The notes under the pieces are model-generated. The model was not told the DNA's origin. It was given only the letters and a program-made list of their open reading frames with translations, and ran no database searches. Position numbers and translations under genes: made by a program. A stretch of 64,000 bases of DNA, taken from an uncultured virus (IMG/VR IMGVR_UViG_3300013121_000030) (taxonomy: Duplodnaviria; Heunggongvirae; Uroviricota; Caudoviricetes). Below, one piece after another: positions 19,914 to 27,966 of the stretch; the stretch's first letter is position 1; each line of letters opens with the position of its first letter. Where the stretch lies: IMG/VR virus record IMGVR_UViG_3300013121_000030, positions 64,001-128,000 of that record. One strand, written 5' to 3'.

Positions 19914-20711
19914 TCAGAGGTTGAAGGTGGTGGAGTTCTCGATGCGGATGCCCTTGCTCCGCAGGGCATCGAAGAAGGAAGCGACGACGGCATCGTAGCC
20001 GGGCACGGGCACGGGCGACGTGCAGTCCTGTAGAACTACGATGCGCTGGAGGAAGGACGTGGGCACGTTGGCGAGGAGGTCCGCCACAGAGTTCTGGAGG
20101 CAGAAGTTGAGGGCCTCGCCAGCCACGACCAGGCAATCCGCCTGCGTGAGCGAGGCGAGGAGATTGCTGTTGATCTGGGTGCGGGGATCCCCAGGATCTG
20201 GCACCACTGCCTGGAAGATGCTGTAGTGCTCCGTCAGCGGATGGTCTCCCTTGACCTCCATCGTGAAGTTGTTCTTGATGGCCGCAGACCACTCCAGAGC
20301 GGCATCCATGAGGCTGGGGTGGATCGACCATCCCCAAGTGCCGATGACGCAGTGCTGGGGCCAAATGGTGTGGGTCTTGCCCGAAGCATCCAGAGCCTTG
20401 AGGTACTTCAGGGCCTTCTGGTAGAGGCCTGGAATGGCCGGCTGCCAAACGCCGTCCTCCACCTCCTTGGCGGTGATCGTCGTGAAAGGAGCCGGGTGAT
20501 CCCCCGCCCCATTCCGCCAAAACACCGGATGGAAGATGGCCCACACGTGGTGGGAATCCGCGGTCATGGTGACGTGGTGGATATTCTTGGCGTTCCGTCG
20601 AATCCAAGCCCCCAAACGAGCCATGTCCTGGTCCGCTCCCGGAACAAAAAGGGAGCCCTTGGGATCGCAGAAATCGTTCTGCGCGTCGATGACAAAGAGG
20701 TGGTTCCTCAT
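19914..20711 (-). CDS. Nicotinamidase / isochorismatase-family cysteine hydrolase (PncA-like)
   Basis: IDAQNDFC..GSLFVPGA, DSH, WPQHC..GTWG, KG....EHYS, AGEALNFC; SD AAGGA. Confidence 0.85.
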   Translation of the reverse strand: MRNHLFVIDAQNDFCDPKGSLFVPGADQDMARLGAWIRRNAKNIHHVTMTADSHHVWAIFHPVFWRNGAGDHPAPFTTITAKEVEDGVWQPAIPGLYQKALKYLKALDASGKTHTIWPQHCVIGTWGWSIHPSLMDAALEWSAAIKNNFTMEVKGDHPLTEHYSIFQAVVPDPGDPRTQINSNLLASLTQADCLVVAGEALNFCLQNSVADLLANVPTSFLQRIVVLQDCTSPVPVPGYDAVVASFFDALRSKGIRIENSTTFNL

Positions 20712-20967
20712 GATTATTTTTCCTTGTGTGTGTTCTGCCCCACAGGATGTGGGGGAGGTAATGTTGCCCCGAAATATACCCCGGGGGAATTATGGGAGGT
20801 ACTCCGCCGGATCTGGAATGATCCCCAATCCTCACGGAGGATCGAATGGCATGTGTGGCCTCAGGTGGAAGCTCCTCGTTTACTGGAAACCCTGTCCACA
20901 TCTCCATGCGACCATTCCGGATCTTGGCTGCATAGGCCCGGCCGCTCTGGTCGCTATCCTTGAGAGG

Positions 20968-21348
20968 TCACAGGGGGAACACCTCCACCGAGGGCCACGC
21001 CACCTGGCACAAGGCCTTCGTCTTGGAGAGATAGATCAGGTTCTCCGATTCCTCCTCAGGAGGCAACAGAACACTCGTGTGGCCCTGGATGAATCCGAAT
21101 GCGGCGCTCGCGTTGTCGGCTTGACGCCAGTGAACGCGGCCTTCCTCCTCCGCCTTTGCGAGGATGGGCCGGAGCCCATCCCACGCCTCAGGGACCCCCT
21201 TCACCCACGAGGAGTATCGCTCCACAGTCTCCCGGATCCCCATCTTCGTGCAACCGAAGATGTAGAGGGTCTCTGAAGAATCCTGGAAAGACATGCCCTG
21301 GGCGATGTCTCGCAGGAGACTGGAGAAACTGAGGTAGATCGTCTTCAT
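20968..21348 (-). CDS. Hypothetical protein
   Basis: ORF downstream of promoter 21361-21388. Confidence 0.55.
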   Translation of the reverse strand: MKTIYLSFSSLLRDIAQGMSFQDSSETLYIFGCTKMGIRETVERYSSWVKGVPEAWDGLRPILAKAEEEGRVHWRQADNASAAFGFIQGHTSVLLPPEEESENLIYLSKTKALCQVAWPSVEVFPL

Positions 21349-21360
21349 GGCTTCAGGACC

Positions 21361-21388
21361 AGTGTAGCACGTCGGTCGCCAAGTTACA
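21361..21388 (-). promoter_or_regulatory. Phage promoter TGTAAC-N16-TACACT
   Basis: Motif family member. Confidence 0.78.
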
Positions 21389-21394
21389 CGGGGA

Positions 21395-21823
21395 TCAGTG
21401 GAACAGGCCGTATCCTCCGACGGGGAGGGAAGCCGAGGGCTGGATTTCTTCGTACTTGAAGGAGGGATTCCCTCGGAGCACGGTGAAGAGGAACAGGTCC
21501 AAGAACGAATCCGTATCCAGATCCAGCCCAGCCTCACCCGTCTCCCAGTGGTGTTCGGGACCTCCCTCTACCTCCCACCCCATCTCTGCGATGCCTGCCG
21601 CCACGAACTTGTTCCAGGAGTCCTCTCGAAGCCAGGAGTCCTCGTACTCTGCGGCCACCTCATTCATGACATCGACACCAATGACCTTGGTCCCCTCAGC
21701 GTAGGCGTTAATGATCTCATCGCTGGAGAGGTTGGTCCTGAGAAGGATTCTCCTCGTCTTCTCATGGCCATCACCACTCCAGTCTCCGATGACCAGCTCA
21801 ATGACATGTTCCTGGTTTTCCAT
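21395..21823 (-). CDS. Conserved phage hypothetical protein
   Basis: IGDWSGDGHEK...GGYGLF pattern; SD AAAGGA. Confidence 0.65.
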   Translation of the reverse strand: MENQEHVIELVIGDWSGDGHEKTRRILLRTNLSSDEIINAYAEGTKVIGVDVMNEVAAEYEDSWLREDSWNKFVAAGIAEMGWEVEGGPEHHWETGEAGLDLDTDSFLDLFLFTVLRGNPSFKYEEIQPSASLPVGGYGLFH

Positions 21824-21824
21824 A

Positions 21825-22238
21825 CTATGATCCTTTCTGGCTCCAGTCGGCCGCCTCATTCCGCAGGAGCGCAGCGAAGTCTCCGGGGGATTGCTTCAAA
21901 GCTGCCTCCATAGTCGAATAGAGGCCCAGCCGCTTGGTCCCATTCCCTGATGGGAACGTGATACTGGTTCTCCAGCCAACACTGGCTGGCTCCACCTTGA
22001 GAGCAAAGAACCCGATTTCTTCGCCCATGATAAGGAGGTTGCCCAATGTTCCCAGAGTCGTTTGGCCTCGTTGGGAATGGTGCCATACCACTCTCTTCCC
22101 TGAGCCACTGCGGAACTCTTGGAGCTGGTTGCGCAACTCCTCGATCTCGGCGTCAGCCTCTGAAGCGACCATCATTGCAGTCTGAAGTACCTCGTCAGGG
22201 GTCCTCATGTTGAGGATCTTTTGAGCGTATTTGCCCAC
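21825..22238 (-). CDS. Hypothetical protein
   Basis: GTG start with SD GAGGAG after promoter 22259-22286. Confidence 0.55.
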   Translation of the reverse strand: MGKYAQKILNMRTPDEVLQTAMMVASEADAEIEELRNQLQEFRSGSGKRVVWHHSQRGQTTLGTLGNLLIMGEEIGFFALKVEPASVGWRTSITFPSGNGTKRLGLYSTMEAALKQSPGDFAALLRNEAADWSQKGS

Positions 22239-22258
22239 TGTGGCTCCTCTCCTCCACG

Positions 22259-22286
22259 AGTGTAGCACGCCAGAGGACGAGTTACA
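22259..22286 (-). promoter_or_regulatory. Phage promoter TGTAAC-N16-TACACT
   Basis: Motif family member. Confidence 0.78.
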
Positions 22287-22437
22287 CCGGATTCAGTATC
22301 CCACTCTTCCCCACATCGTCCGTAAGTGTAAGAGTCCCCACATGCAGTGCAGCGATAAGCCTTTTTTCCCCCGCGCGTCCCGTCTGGGACCACCCCTCCT
22401 CGATGACACACGCGACAAATTGGCCTTGGCTGCTTCT

Positions 22438-23067
22438 TCAGGGGACTTTTGCCACAATTTTCCATGAGGAGCCTTTTCGAGCGGTCGTGATGTGGGAGAA
22501 GTGGTGTTCAAGCTCGTGAATCAGTTCAGGGATGGGGTGCCACTGAAACAGTGTAAAGTCGACCCCATCCAAGATTCTCAACTGCATGTGAAAAACTCGT
22601 CTGCCAACATATCCGGAGGCTTCGACAAATCTGTGGCCGTTATAGGTGTAGGTGTGCCACCCCCACCTAGGATGATCGAAGGTATTGAAAACGAATCTCC
22701 CTCCAGGGCGCAAGATCCGAGCGACCCTGGGGAAGACTTTCTTCAGGTTGAGGTATCCGATGGATTGCCTGCACGCGACCACATCGAATTGGGACTCACC
22801 TTGAAGTTCTTCGGCGGATGCGCGACGAGCTTCAAAGCAAGGAGACAAGAGATGGCATCGGGGATTGAGATCCCGAAGGACAACACGACTGGCTCCCATT
22901 TCCAGAGCTTGACGGGACAAGACTCCCGTGCCGCCACACAAGTCCAGGACCGCCTCACCGGGCTGGAGTGCCGCGAACTGAAGAAGGCCGTCCTTTCTAT
23001 CAATCCACCGCTGGTAGAGGGAGGTGTAATTGTCTGTCGTGCAGTTAAACATCAGAGTTTTGGCCAA
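22438..23067 (-). CDS. Class I SAM-dependent methyltransferase
   Basis: VLDLCGGTG, FDVV, ARILRPGGRFVF motifs. Confidence 0.85.
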   Translation of the reverse strand: MAKTLMFNCTTDNYTSLYQRWIDRKDGLLQFAALQPGEAVLDLCGGTGVLSRQALEMGASRVVLRDLNPRCHLLSPCFEARRASAEELQGESQFDVVACRQSIGYLNLKKVFPRVARILRPGGRFVFNTFDHPRWGWHTYTYNGHRFVEASGYVGRRVFHMQLRILDGVDFTLFQWHPIPELIHELEHHFSHITTARKGSSWKIVAKVP

Positions 23068-24167
23068 GTGGACTCGTCGGCCGACAAGGCCGCAACAAAT
23101 CCGTGTCCTTGGATGTTGAAGATAGGCGGGAGAGGGTCACGATGTGAATCTCTCACTGTTCCTGGTGGAGCATAAGGCAACGTTGGAACATTGGGAAGCT
23201 GGACATGGAGGTGAAGGACAGCCTCAGCCCAACGGTGGGTGAACAACATCCGAACCAAGAGGGGCGCATTGAGGCTGGCTTTTTCGAGCCCCGCCAACAG
23301 AATGCTCTTCCCAAGAAGGGCTGTGTAAACAGCATTTGCGCTCGAAAAACCTGGGCCCTTCTTTCGAGGAGAGATGAGAGAGCAGGCGTATCCCGCACGG
23401 ACTGCAATAGACCCGAAGACTTGCTCGGGAATCCCCAACACAGTCCCCGTGAAAAAGTTTCGATAGTGATTCGCAAGGCGGTCAAACAACACGACCGAAG
23501 ATTCTTGCACTGTGGCTGTCCCACAGTCTGTGGTTGAGGAAAAATGTTGGTCCTCAATCACCTGGACAATCTCCTCCAGAAATGCAGGATCACCAACCTC
23601 AAAGGGCATAATCGTGCCATCTGGAAATACCAGTGACTTCTTTTTGAGGGCAGCCAAATCATTGGCGACCACACAATGACACTTGGCCCTCAGACAGACT
23701 CCGTAAGCAGCCTGGAGAGTCTGATCCAGAGAAGAACCTGAAGTCATCTTACACCCAATGAGGTGCATCTTCGGATTGATCCGCCGCATCTCATCAATGA
23801 CATGGGGAGCAAGGATGAATGGAATCAACATCCGTTCACCAACTCCCACAGTGAGCATCTTGCCGTGGAAGGGAGTTTCAGGAATCCAGTTGACGACGGC
23901 GGCTGCCATGACCGCAGCATCGAGAGTGGGAGCCAGCTCCCTACACTTGGCCTGGTAGTCCCAGAACCCATTGTGACGAATGACCTGGACTCGTTCGGGA
24001 GGGACAATTCCTGGGATGTCCGGAATCAGAAAGATGACTTCATGCCCGCGATCCCGAAGCAGCGAGGCAAGGTGCGCTGCCCAGATCCCGCGGGATCGGT
24101 TGCCGACGAGCTTGTTGTCATCCAGCTTCCCGTAGACAGCGCCTGCTGTGATTAGGATTCGAGACAT
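23052..24167 (-). CDS. CoaB-like (phosphopantothenate-cysteine ligase fold) domain fused to class II aldolase-like domain
   Basis: ILITAG...D....N.S.G, MAAAV, LIGCK, VVANDL (CoaB/DFP); C-terminal GSIAVR..LISP, AVLHLH, PYAPPGT, GHG (aldolase II-like). Confidence 0.7.
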   Translation of the reverse strand: MSRILITAGAVYGKLDDNKLVGNRSRGIWAAHLASLLRDRGHEVIFLIPDIPGIVPPERVQVIRHNGFWDYQAKCRELAPTLDAAVMAAAVVNWIPETPFHGKMLTVGVGERMLIPFILAPHVIDEMRRINPKMHLIGCKMTSGSSLDQTLQAAYGVCLRAKCHCVVANDLAALKKKSLVFPDGTIMPFEVGDPAFLEEIVQVIEDQHFSSTTDCGTATVQESSVVLFDRLANHYRNFFTGTVLGIPEQVFGSIAVRAGYACSLISPRKKGPGFSSANAVYTALLGKSILLAGLEKASLNAPLLVRMLFTHRWAEAVLHLHVQLPNVPTLPYAPPGTVRDSHRDPLPPIFNIQGHGFVAALSADESTWPKL

Positions 24168-24173
24168 GGGGTT

Positions 24174-24830
24174 TCATCCTTTGCGGAGAGACTCCGAAAT
24201 TTCCACAGCCACCCGAAGCGGGGCCAAGTTGGCTTGCGAGCCTATCTTCCACCAGATCTCCTGAAGGGGGAATCCCAGGAGAGAAGTGGGATCTTTGATC
24301 TCCCCCAGATTTGTGACCCACGACTGGACCACTGGCTCCGATATTCGGAGCGACCCGGCGCAATCGGAAGGATTGCACGTCTGGATGTACTCCATCGCCT
24401 CCCACGGCGAGATCTTCCGCATCTTCATCACTTCCGTGAAGACGAAAGATTGCCCTCCAACCCGCACCAACTCTCCTCCGCTCGCATTGCTGAGGATTGT
24501 GACTCCAGTGGACGACATCACCTCCTTTCCTGACATGGCGAGGATGTTGCTCAACATCCCATCAGGAGTCGGCTCCTTGTGGAGAGGCTTGCCTTCCACA
24601 GAGATCACCTGGTCGCAGGTGAGAATGGCATCCTCGTCGCCGAAACGAGCCACAAGTTCGAGCCCCTTCATGAGGCTCAGGAACTTGGGGCCCTCAACCA
24701 CAGGATCCTTGAGGAGGACATCCTCATAGGCTCGCTCATCGATTCGGGCACCTTCTGCCCTCCAAGGATCCAGGAAGATCTGCCTGAAAAAGTTGATGCG
24801 GTACTTGGATGTGGTTCCGAGGATGTACAT
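24174..24830 (-). CDS. maf: Maf-family nucleotide pyrophosphatase
   Basis: ILGTTSKYR, IDER, TCDQVI, K.P, MSGK, CAGS, LLGFPL Maf motifs. Confidence 0.8.
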   Translation of the reverse strand: MYILGTTSKYRINFFRQIFLDPWRAEGARIDERAYEDVLLKDPVVEGPKFLSLMKGLELVARFGDEDAILTCDQVISVEGKPLHKEPTPDGMLSNILAMSGKEVMSSTGVTILSNASGGELVRVGGQSFVFTEVMKMRKISPWEAMEYIQTCNPSDCAGSLRISEPVVQSWVTNLGEIKDPTSLLGFPLQEIWWKIGSQANLAPLRVAVEISESLRKG

Positions 24831-24883
24831 GAGTTCTCAGGTCCCCCGTGATTACGGGGGAGCATGGACGATAAGGTGGCTGG

Positions 24884-25031
24884 GAATAGATCCCCGCCTT
24901 CGCGGGGGAAAGTCCCTCTCGACAGAGACAGGGGCACCACGGGGGGGAAGATCCCCGCGTTCGCGGGGGAAGGCATGCTCAGAAATCACACTAACCCTGT
25001 TACCCAGGAAGATCCCGAACGCGAGGGAAAG
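24884..25031 (-). CRISPR. Cas-less type I-E-like CRISPR mini-array (2 full repeats, 1 degenerate, 2 spacers of 32 nt)
   Basis: Repeats CTTTCCCCCGCGAAGGCGGGGATCTATTC (24884-24912), CCTTCCCCCGCGAACGCGGGGATCTTCCC (24945-24973) and degenerate CTTTCCCTCGCGTTCGGGATCTTCCT (25006-25031); exact 61-bp period; CCCCGCG/GCGGGGAT core shared with the E. coli I-E repeat. Confidence 0.72.
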
Positions 25032-25032
25032 C

Positions 25033-25407
25033 TCAGGACAGAACCGCAGACCCCACCGCAAGGTCCACGAGACGCTTGTGGGGGTCCAGGAGGCGGACGG
25101 ACTTGCCGTCCACACGGACGGTGAAGCTCTCATGGAGTTCGTGGGTGATGATCTGCTGGATGGCCAACCACGCCGTGAACACCACGGACTCGATGGAGGC
25201 GGTGGAGGCCACGAACCACTTGCGCCCATAGCCAATTCCGTATTCAGAAGAGTTGGCATCCGGCCGCTCGAACGAGCACTGGATGTTCCATCCCACCTGC
25301 TCATCATCGGAAGCAGGCTGGATGCGCCATTGGAAGCGCCACTCCTCGAATCGAGTGGCGCGCATTTCGATCCCAAAAAGGATCTCATGGAGTTCGTTCT
25401 GGATCAT
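25033..25407 (-). CDS. Conserved phage hypothetical protein
   Basis: GRKW......SVV.TA..A......HE..E.F.......DPH pattern. Confidence 0.7.
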   Translation of the reverse strand: MIQNELHEILFGIEMRATRFEEWRFQWRIQPASDDEQVGWNIQCSFERPDANSSEYGIGYGRKWFVASTASIESVVFTAWLAIQQIITHELHESFTVRVDGKSVRLLDPHKRLVDLAVGSAVLS

Positions 25408-25420
25408 AGTATCCCTTCAT

Positions 25421-25879
25421 TTAGCGGAGAGCCCGCCGCATGAACACCAGCAACTGATTCTCATCTAGGTGCAGGAGAATCTTTAGGGCATTCTGGTGGG
25501 CCCGAAGCTTCTTAGCCTTGCGGAAGACCGCCCGCATCTTTCCCATCCTCAACGTCGCGGCCCAGTTTGATGCTACAGCCTCATGGATGAGGAGGAGGAT
25601 GCGGGTGTTGGGCACCCCAAAGTAACGGAGCGCAACCACTTCCGCCGCCAATGTCTGAAGTTCACGGGCAGGAGCAAGCCGAGCAAACTTGCCCAGACAT
25701 GTCTGAGCAGCATCTGCTGACCACGAATCTGAAGAGAGCGACACTCCGCCAGCCACAAGATGGAGCCCCTCATGCAGAATAGACTCTGCAAGATTTCTCC
25801 CTTCCGTATCCATGAAGGTGTAGGTAGAGATCCCCCGATCCTCCATGAACTCCTCCAGTTTCTCTTCGGTCGCCCACAT
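25421..25879 (-). CDS. Hypothetical protein (leaderless)
   Basis: ATG 6 nt after -10; contains HEGLH (HExxH). Confidence 0.6.
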   Translation of the reverse strand: MWATEEKLEEFMEDRGISTYTFMDTEGRNLAESILHEGLHLVAGGVSLSSDSWSADAAQTCLGKFARLAPARELQTLAAEVVALRYFGVPNTRILLLIHEAVASNWAATLRMGKMRAVFRKAKKLRAHQNALKILLHLDENQLLVFMRRALR

Positions 25880-25885
25880 ACTTCT

Positions 25886-25913
25886 AGGGTAGCACCTTGA
25901 TTCTCATGTTACA
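25886..25913 (-). promoter_or_regulatory. Phage promoter TGTAAC-N16-TACCCT
   Basis: Motif family member. Confidence 0.78.
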
Positions 25914-25949
25914 CAAAGAAAAGGAGGGCTGGATATCCAGCCCTCCTTT
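25914..25949 (-). terminator. Intrinsic terminator after DUF932 gene
   Basis: Perfect palindrome aaaggagggctggat/atccagccctccttt with T-tract on minus strand. Confidence 0.75.
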
Positions 25950-25956
25950 GGGGAGG

Positions 25957-26940
25957 TTACACCATGGAAAGGAGGAGCGTCCGGGCGCGGGCGTTGAGGT
26001 CGGCGCCGCTCCCAAGAAGGACGGACTCGGTCCGGGAGTTCCCGCCCTTGACGTTCTTCACGGTCGCCTCGTGGGAGGTGAAGAACGTGAGGGCGTTGAA
26101 GGCGCCGTAGAAGGTGTTCTCGACTCCCTTCTGGCCCACCGCACCGAACCGAAGCCGGTTCAGGAGCGCGTGGCGGTTCAGCGCCCGCGTCTGGGCGGCC
26201 CCCTCCTCCATGGGGATCGGGAAGAGCTTGAGAAGGAAATTCTCCCACTCGTCAGGGGTCATCCCCCGATTGGCGAGCTTGGTAAGCTCCTCCTCGTCCC
26301 GCTTGAAGCGGGTCATTGCCTCGCCGAGGATGCGGGCCGCCTCCTTCATACGGTCGTCCTTGGACGACGTGTGGCGGATGGAGATTAGGCCGCCCTCACC
26401 ACGAGCCGCGTTCCAGGTGTTCTTGCAGACCACGCGCGTGGTCACAGGCCCGACATGCATGGCGTCCTTGCCATTGTGACTGTTAGTGGCCCAGATGTAG
26501 GGAATATGACGATCCCCGAGAATCGGCTCGAAGCCGTCCTGGAGGCGCCCCAGCGCCCACACGATCTGGCCGTCGCGGAGACTGCCCGCGGTCTCGAAGA
26601 CGACCTTGCCATCCGCCACATCGGCCACGTCCTGGCAGAAGTTGAACAGCTCCTCGTTCTGGATCGGCTGGTACAGCCGACCCGACATCCCCAGCACCTT
26701 GCCGTCGTCCTCCCGGACGATGGCCCGGCCGACGTTCTGGGGGACCCGGATCTCCTGGTCACCATGGCGGATCGTCAGGTCCCGCATGACCACCCGGCTC
26801 TTGAGCTGGGCGAGCCGCATCGCGGTCTCAGCATCCACCGGCTCATCGCCAGCGGAGACCCCCAGACCGTGCCAGGGAACCGCCCCAGCGTACATCATCT
26901 TCGCAACCCCGTTGTTTCCGATTTCGAGTTCGTGTGCCAT
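25957..26940 (-). CDS. DUF932 family phage/plasmid protein (leaderless)
   Basis: MAHE, PWHGLG, Y.PIQN, FETAGSL..G..VW, NSHNG, RVVCKNT, IRHT motifs. Confidence 0.9.
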   Translation of the reverse strand: MAHELEIGNNGVAKMMYAGAVPWHGLGVSAGDEPVDAETAMRLAQLKSRVVMRDLTIRHGDQEIRVPQNVGRAIVREDDGKVLGMSGRLYQPIQNEELFNFCQDVADVADGKVVFETAGSLRDGQIVWALGRLQDGFEPILGDRHIPYIWATNSHNGKDAMHVGPVTTRVVCKNTWNAARGEGGLISIRHTSSKDDRMKEAARILGEAMTRFKRDEEELTKLANRGMTPDEWENFLLKLFPIPMEEGAAQTRALNRHALLNRLRFGAVGQKGVENTFYGAFNALTFFTSHEATVKNVKGGNSRTESVLLGSGADLNARARTLLLSMV

Positions 26941-26946
26941 GCCTCA

Positions 26947-26974
26947 ACAGTAGCACTCCGACTCTCAAGTTACA
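26947..26974 (-). promoter_or_regulatory. Phage promoter TGTAAC-N16-TACTGT
   Basis: Motif family member; ATG 6 nt downstream. Confidence 0.78.
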
Positions 26975-27124
26975 TGGTAAAGGACAAGATTTTTCATTCT
27001 TCCGTCGCGGGTCGGATTCGACCCCAAAAACACGGAAAGGACCGTACCTTTCGGCACGATCCTTTCTGATCCTGAGGATGAGCGGCCTTCGACCGTGATC
27101 GCCCTCCGACCACCATCCAAGATT

Positions 27125-27565
27125 TTACGAAGTTTTCTTGAGGAAGTCTCCGAGGGTTCTGTAGCGCTTCGCCAGGTTGCACATTTCCTCATGAAGATCT
27201 TCTCGGACACTTTCCACCGTGTAGCAGTGGAGATTCTCCTTGGTGGCGCCACATCCACATGAACAGTAATCCTGTCGTAGTTGTGCGACATACCACCCAG
27301 GTGCGCGCCAATACATTTCGATCCTATCGTAGGACCGAATTTCCGCGGTAAACTCAGCCCAAAGTTTGAGGTTTTCCCTCTTTCCGAGAAAGAGGACGTA
27401 CTCATCACTCCCAATCTTCGTAGCCTTCAGGCTGGGTGAAATTTCATCATATCGATGTCTCTCCTCATGCTGCTCCATCTGAGAACGGGATGTCGAGGTG
27501 ATGCCACACCTCTCGCAGGCGTAGGTGGTGGAGGTGACGGTGACGGGACTGGAAATTTCCTTCAT
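27125..27565 (-). CDS. Hypothetical Zn-finger protein
   Basis: CERC...HEERH and CSCGC; start overlaps stop of 27562-27894. Confidence 0.55.
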   Translation of the reverse strand: MKEISSPVTVTSTTYACERCGITSTSRSQMEQHEERHRYDEISPSLKATKIGSDEYVLFLGKRENLKLWAEFTAEIRSYDRIEMYWRAPGWYVAQLRQDYCSCGCGATKENLHCYTVESVREDLHEEMCNLAKRYRTLGDFLKKTS

Positions 27566-27894
27566 GGTGCCTCTGTGTAGGTTTGAGGTATCTTGTAGCT
27601 GGGCCCTGGCTCCCAACCAAAGTGGTTGTTTTTGGAGCCCTTCTGCCCCCTGGAGTTGATTTGCTGCTCAAGGGTGAGACGCTGGACACCCATCCTCTTG
27701 ATGGTCCCGTCGTGCTCCCAGGCTTCCAGGAGGAGATCCGCATCCCGCTCCCCCTCAAAGATCTGGACCCCATGGGGCCGATCGTTGACGAGATAGAGGA
27801 CCAGGTCTGCTCCCGAAGCGAATCCAGTGGCGAGCTTGCAGAGCCAAGCCCGTGCTGCCTTGGAGCCTTGAAGACGGATGAGCGCGGAGTTCAC
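27562..27894 (-). CDS. Hypothetical protein (leaderless, GTG)
   Basis: Start 6 nt after -10 of promoter 27901-27928. Confidence 0.55.
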   Translation of the reverse strand: MNSALIRLQGSKAARAWLCKLATGFASGADLVLYLVNDRPHGVQIFEGERDADLLLEAWEHDGTIKRMGVQRLTLEQQINSRGQKGSKNNHFGWEPGPSYKIPQTYTEAP

Positions 27895-27900
27895 AGGTCC

Positions 27901-27958
27901 AGTGTAGCATGCTGATCCGCGAGTTACACGTGTAACTTGTCCCCTGATGTGCTACACT
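27901..27958. promoter_or_regulatory. Back-to-back divergent pair of TGTAAC-N16-TACACT promoters
   Basis: Minus copy 27901-27928, plus copy 27931-27958; the -35 boxes form the palindrome agttacacgtgtaact. Confidence 0.8.
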
Positions 27959-27966
27959 CTCTCGTA

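Noticed and set aside
19105-20907. 600-aa ORF from the ORF track as one protein
   Set aside because: Upstream part is an off-frame shadow of the nicotinamidase gene; the vWA protein most likely starts at 19893
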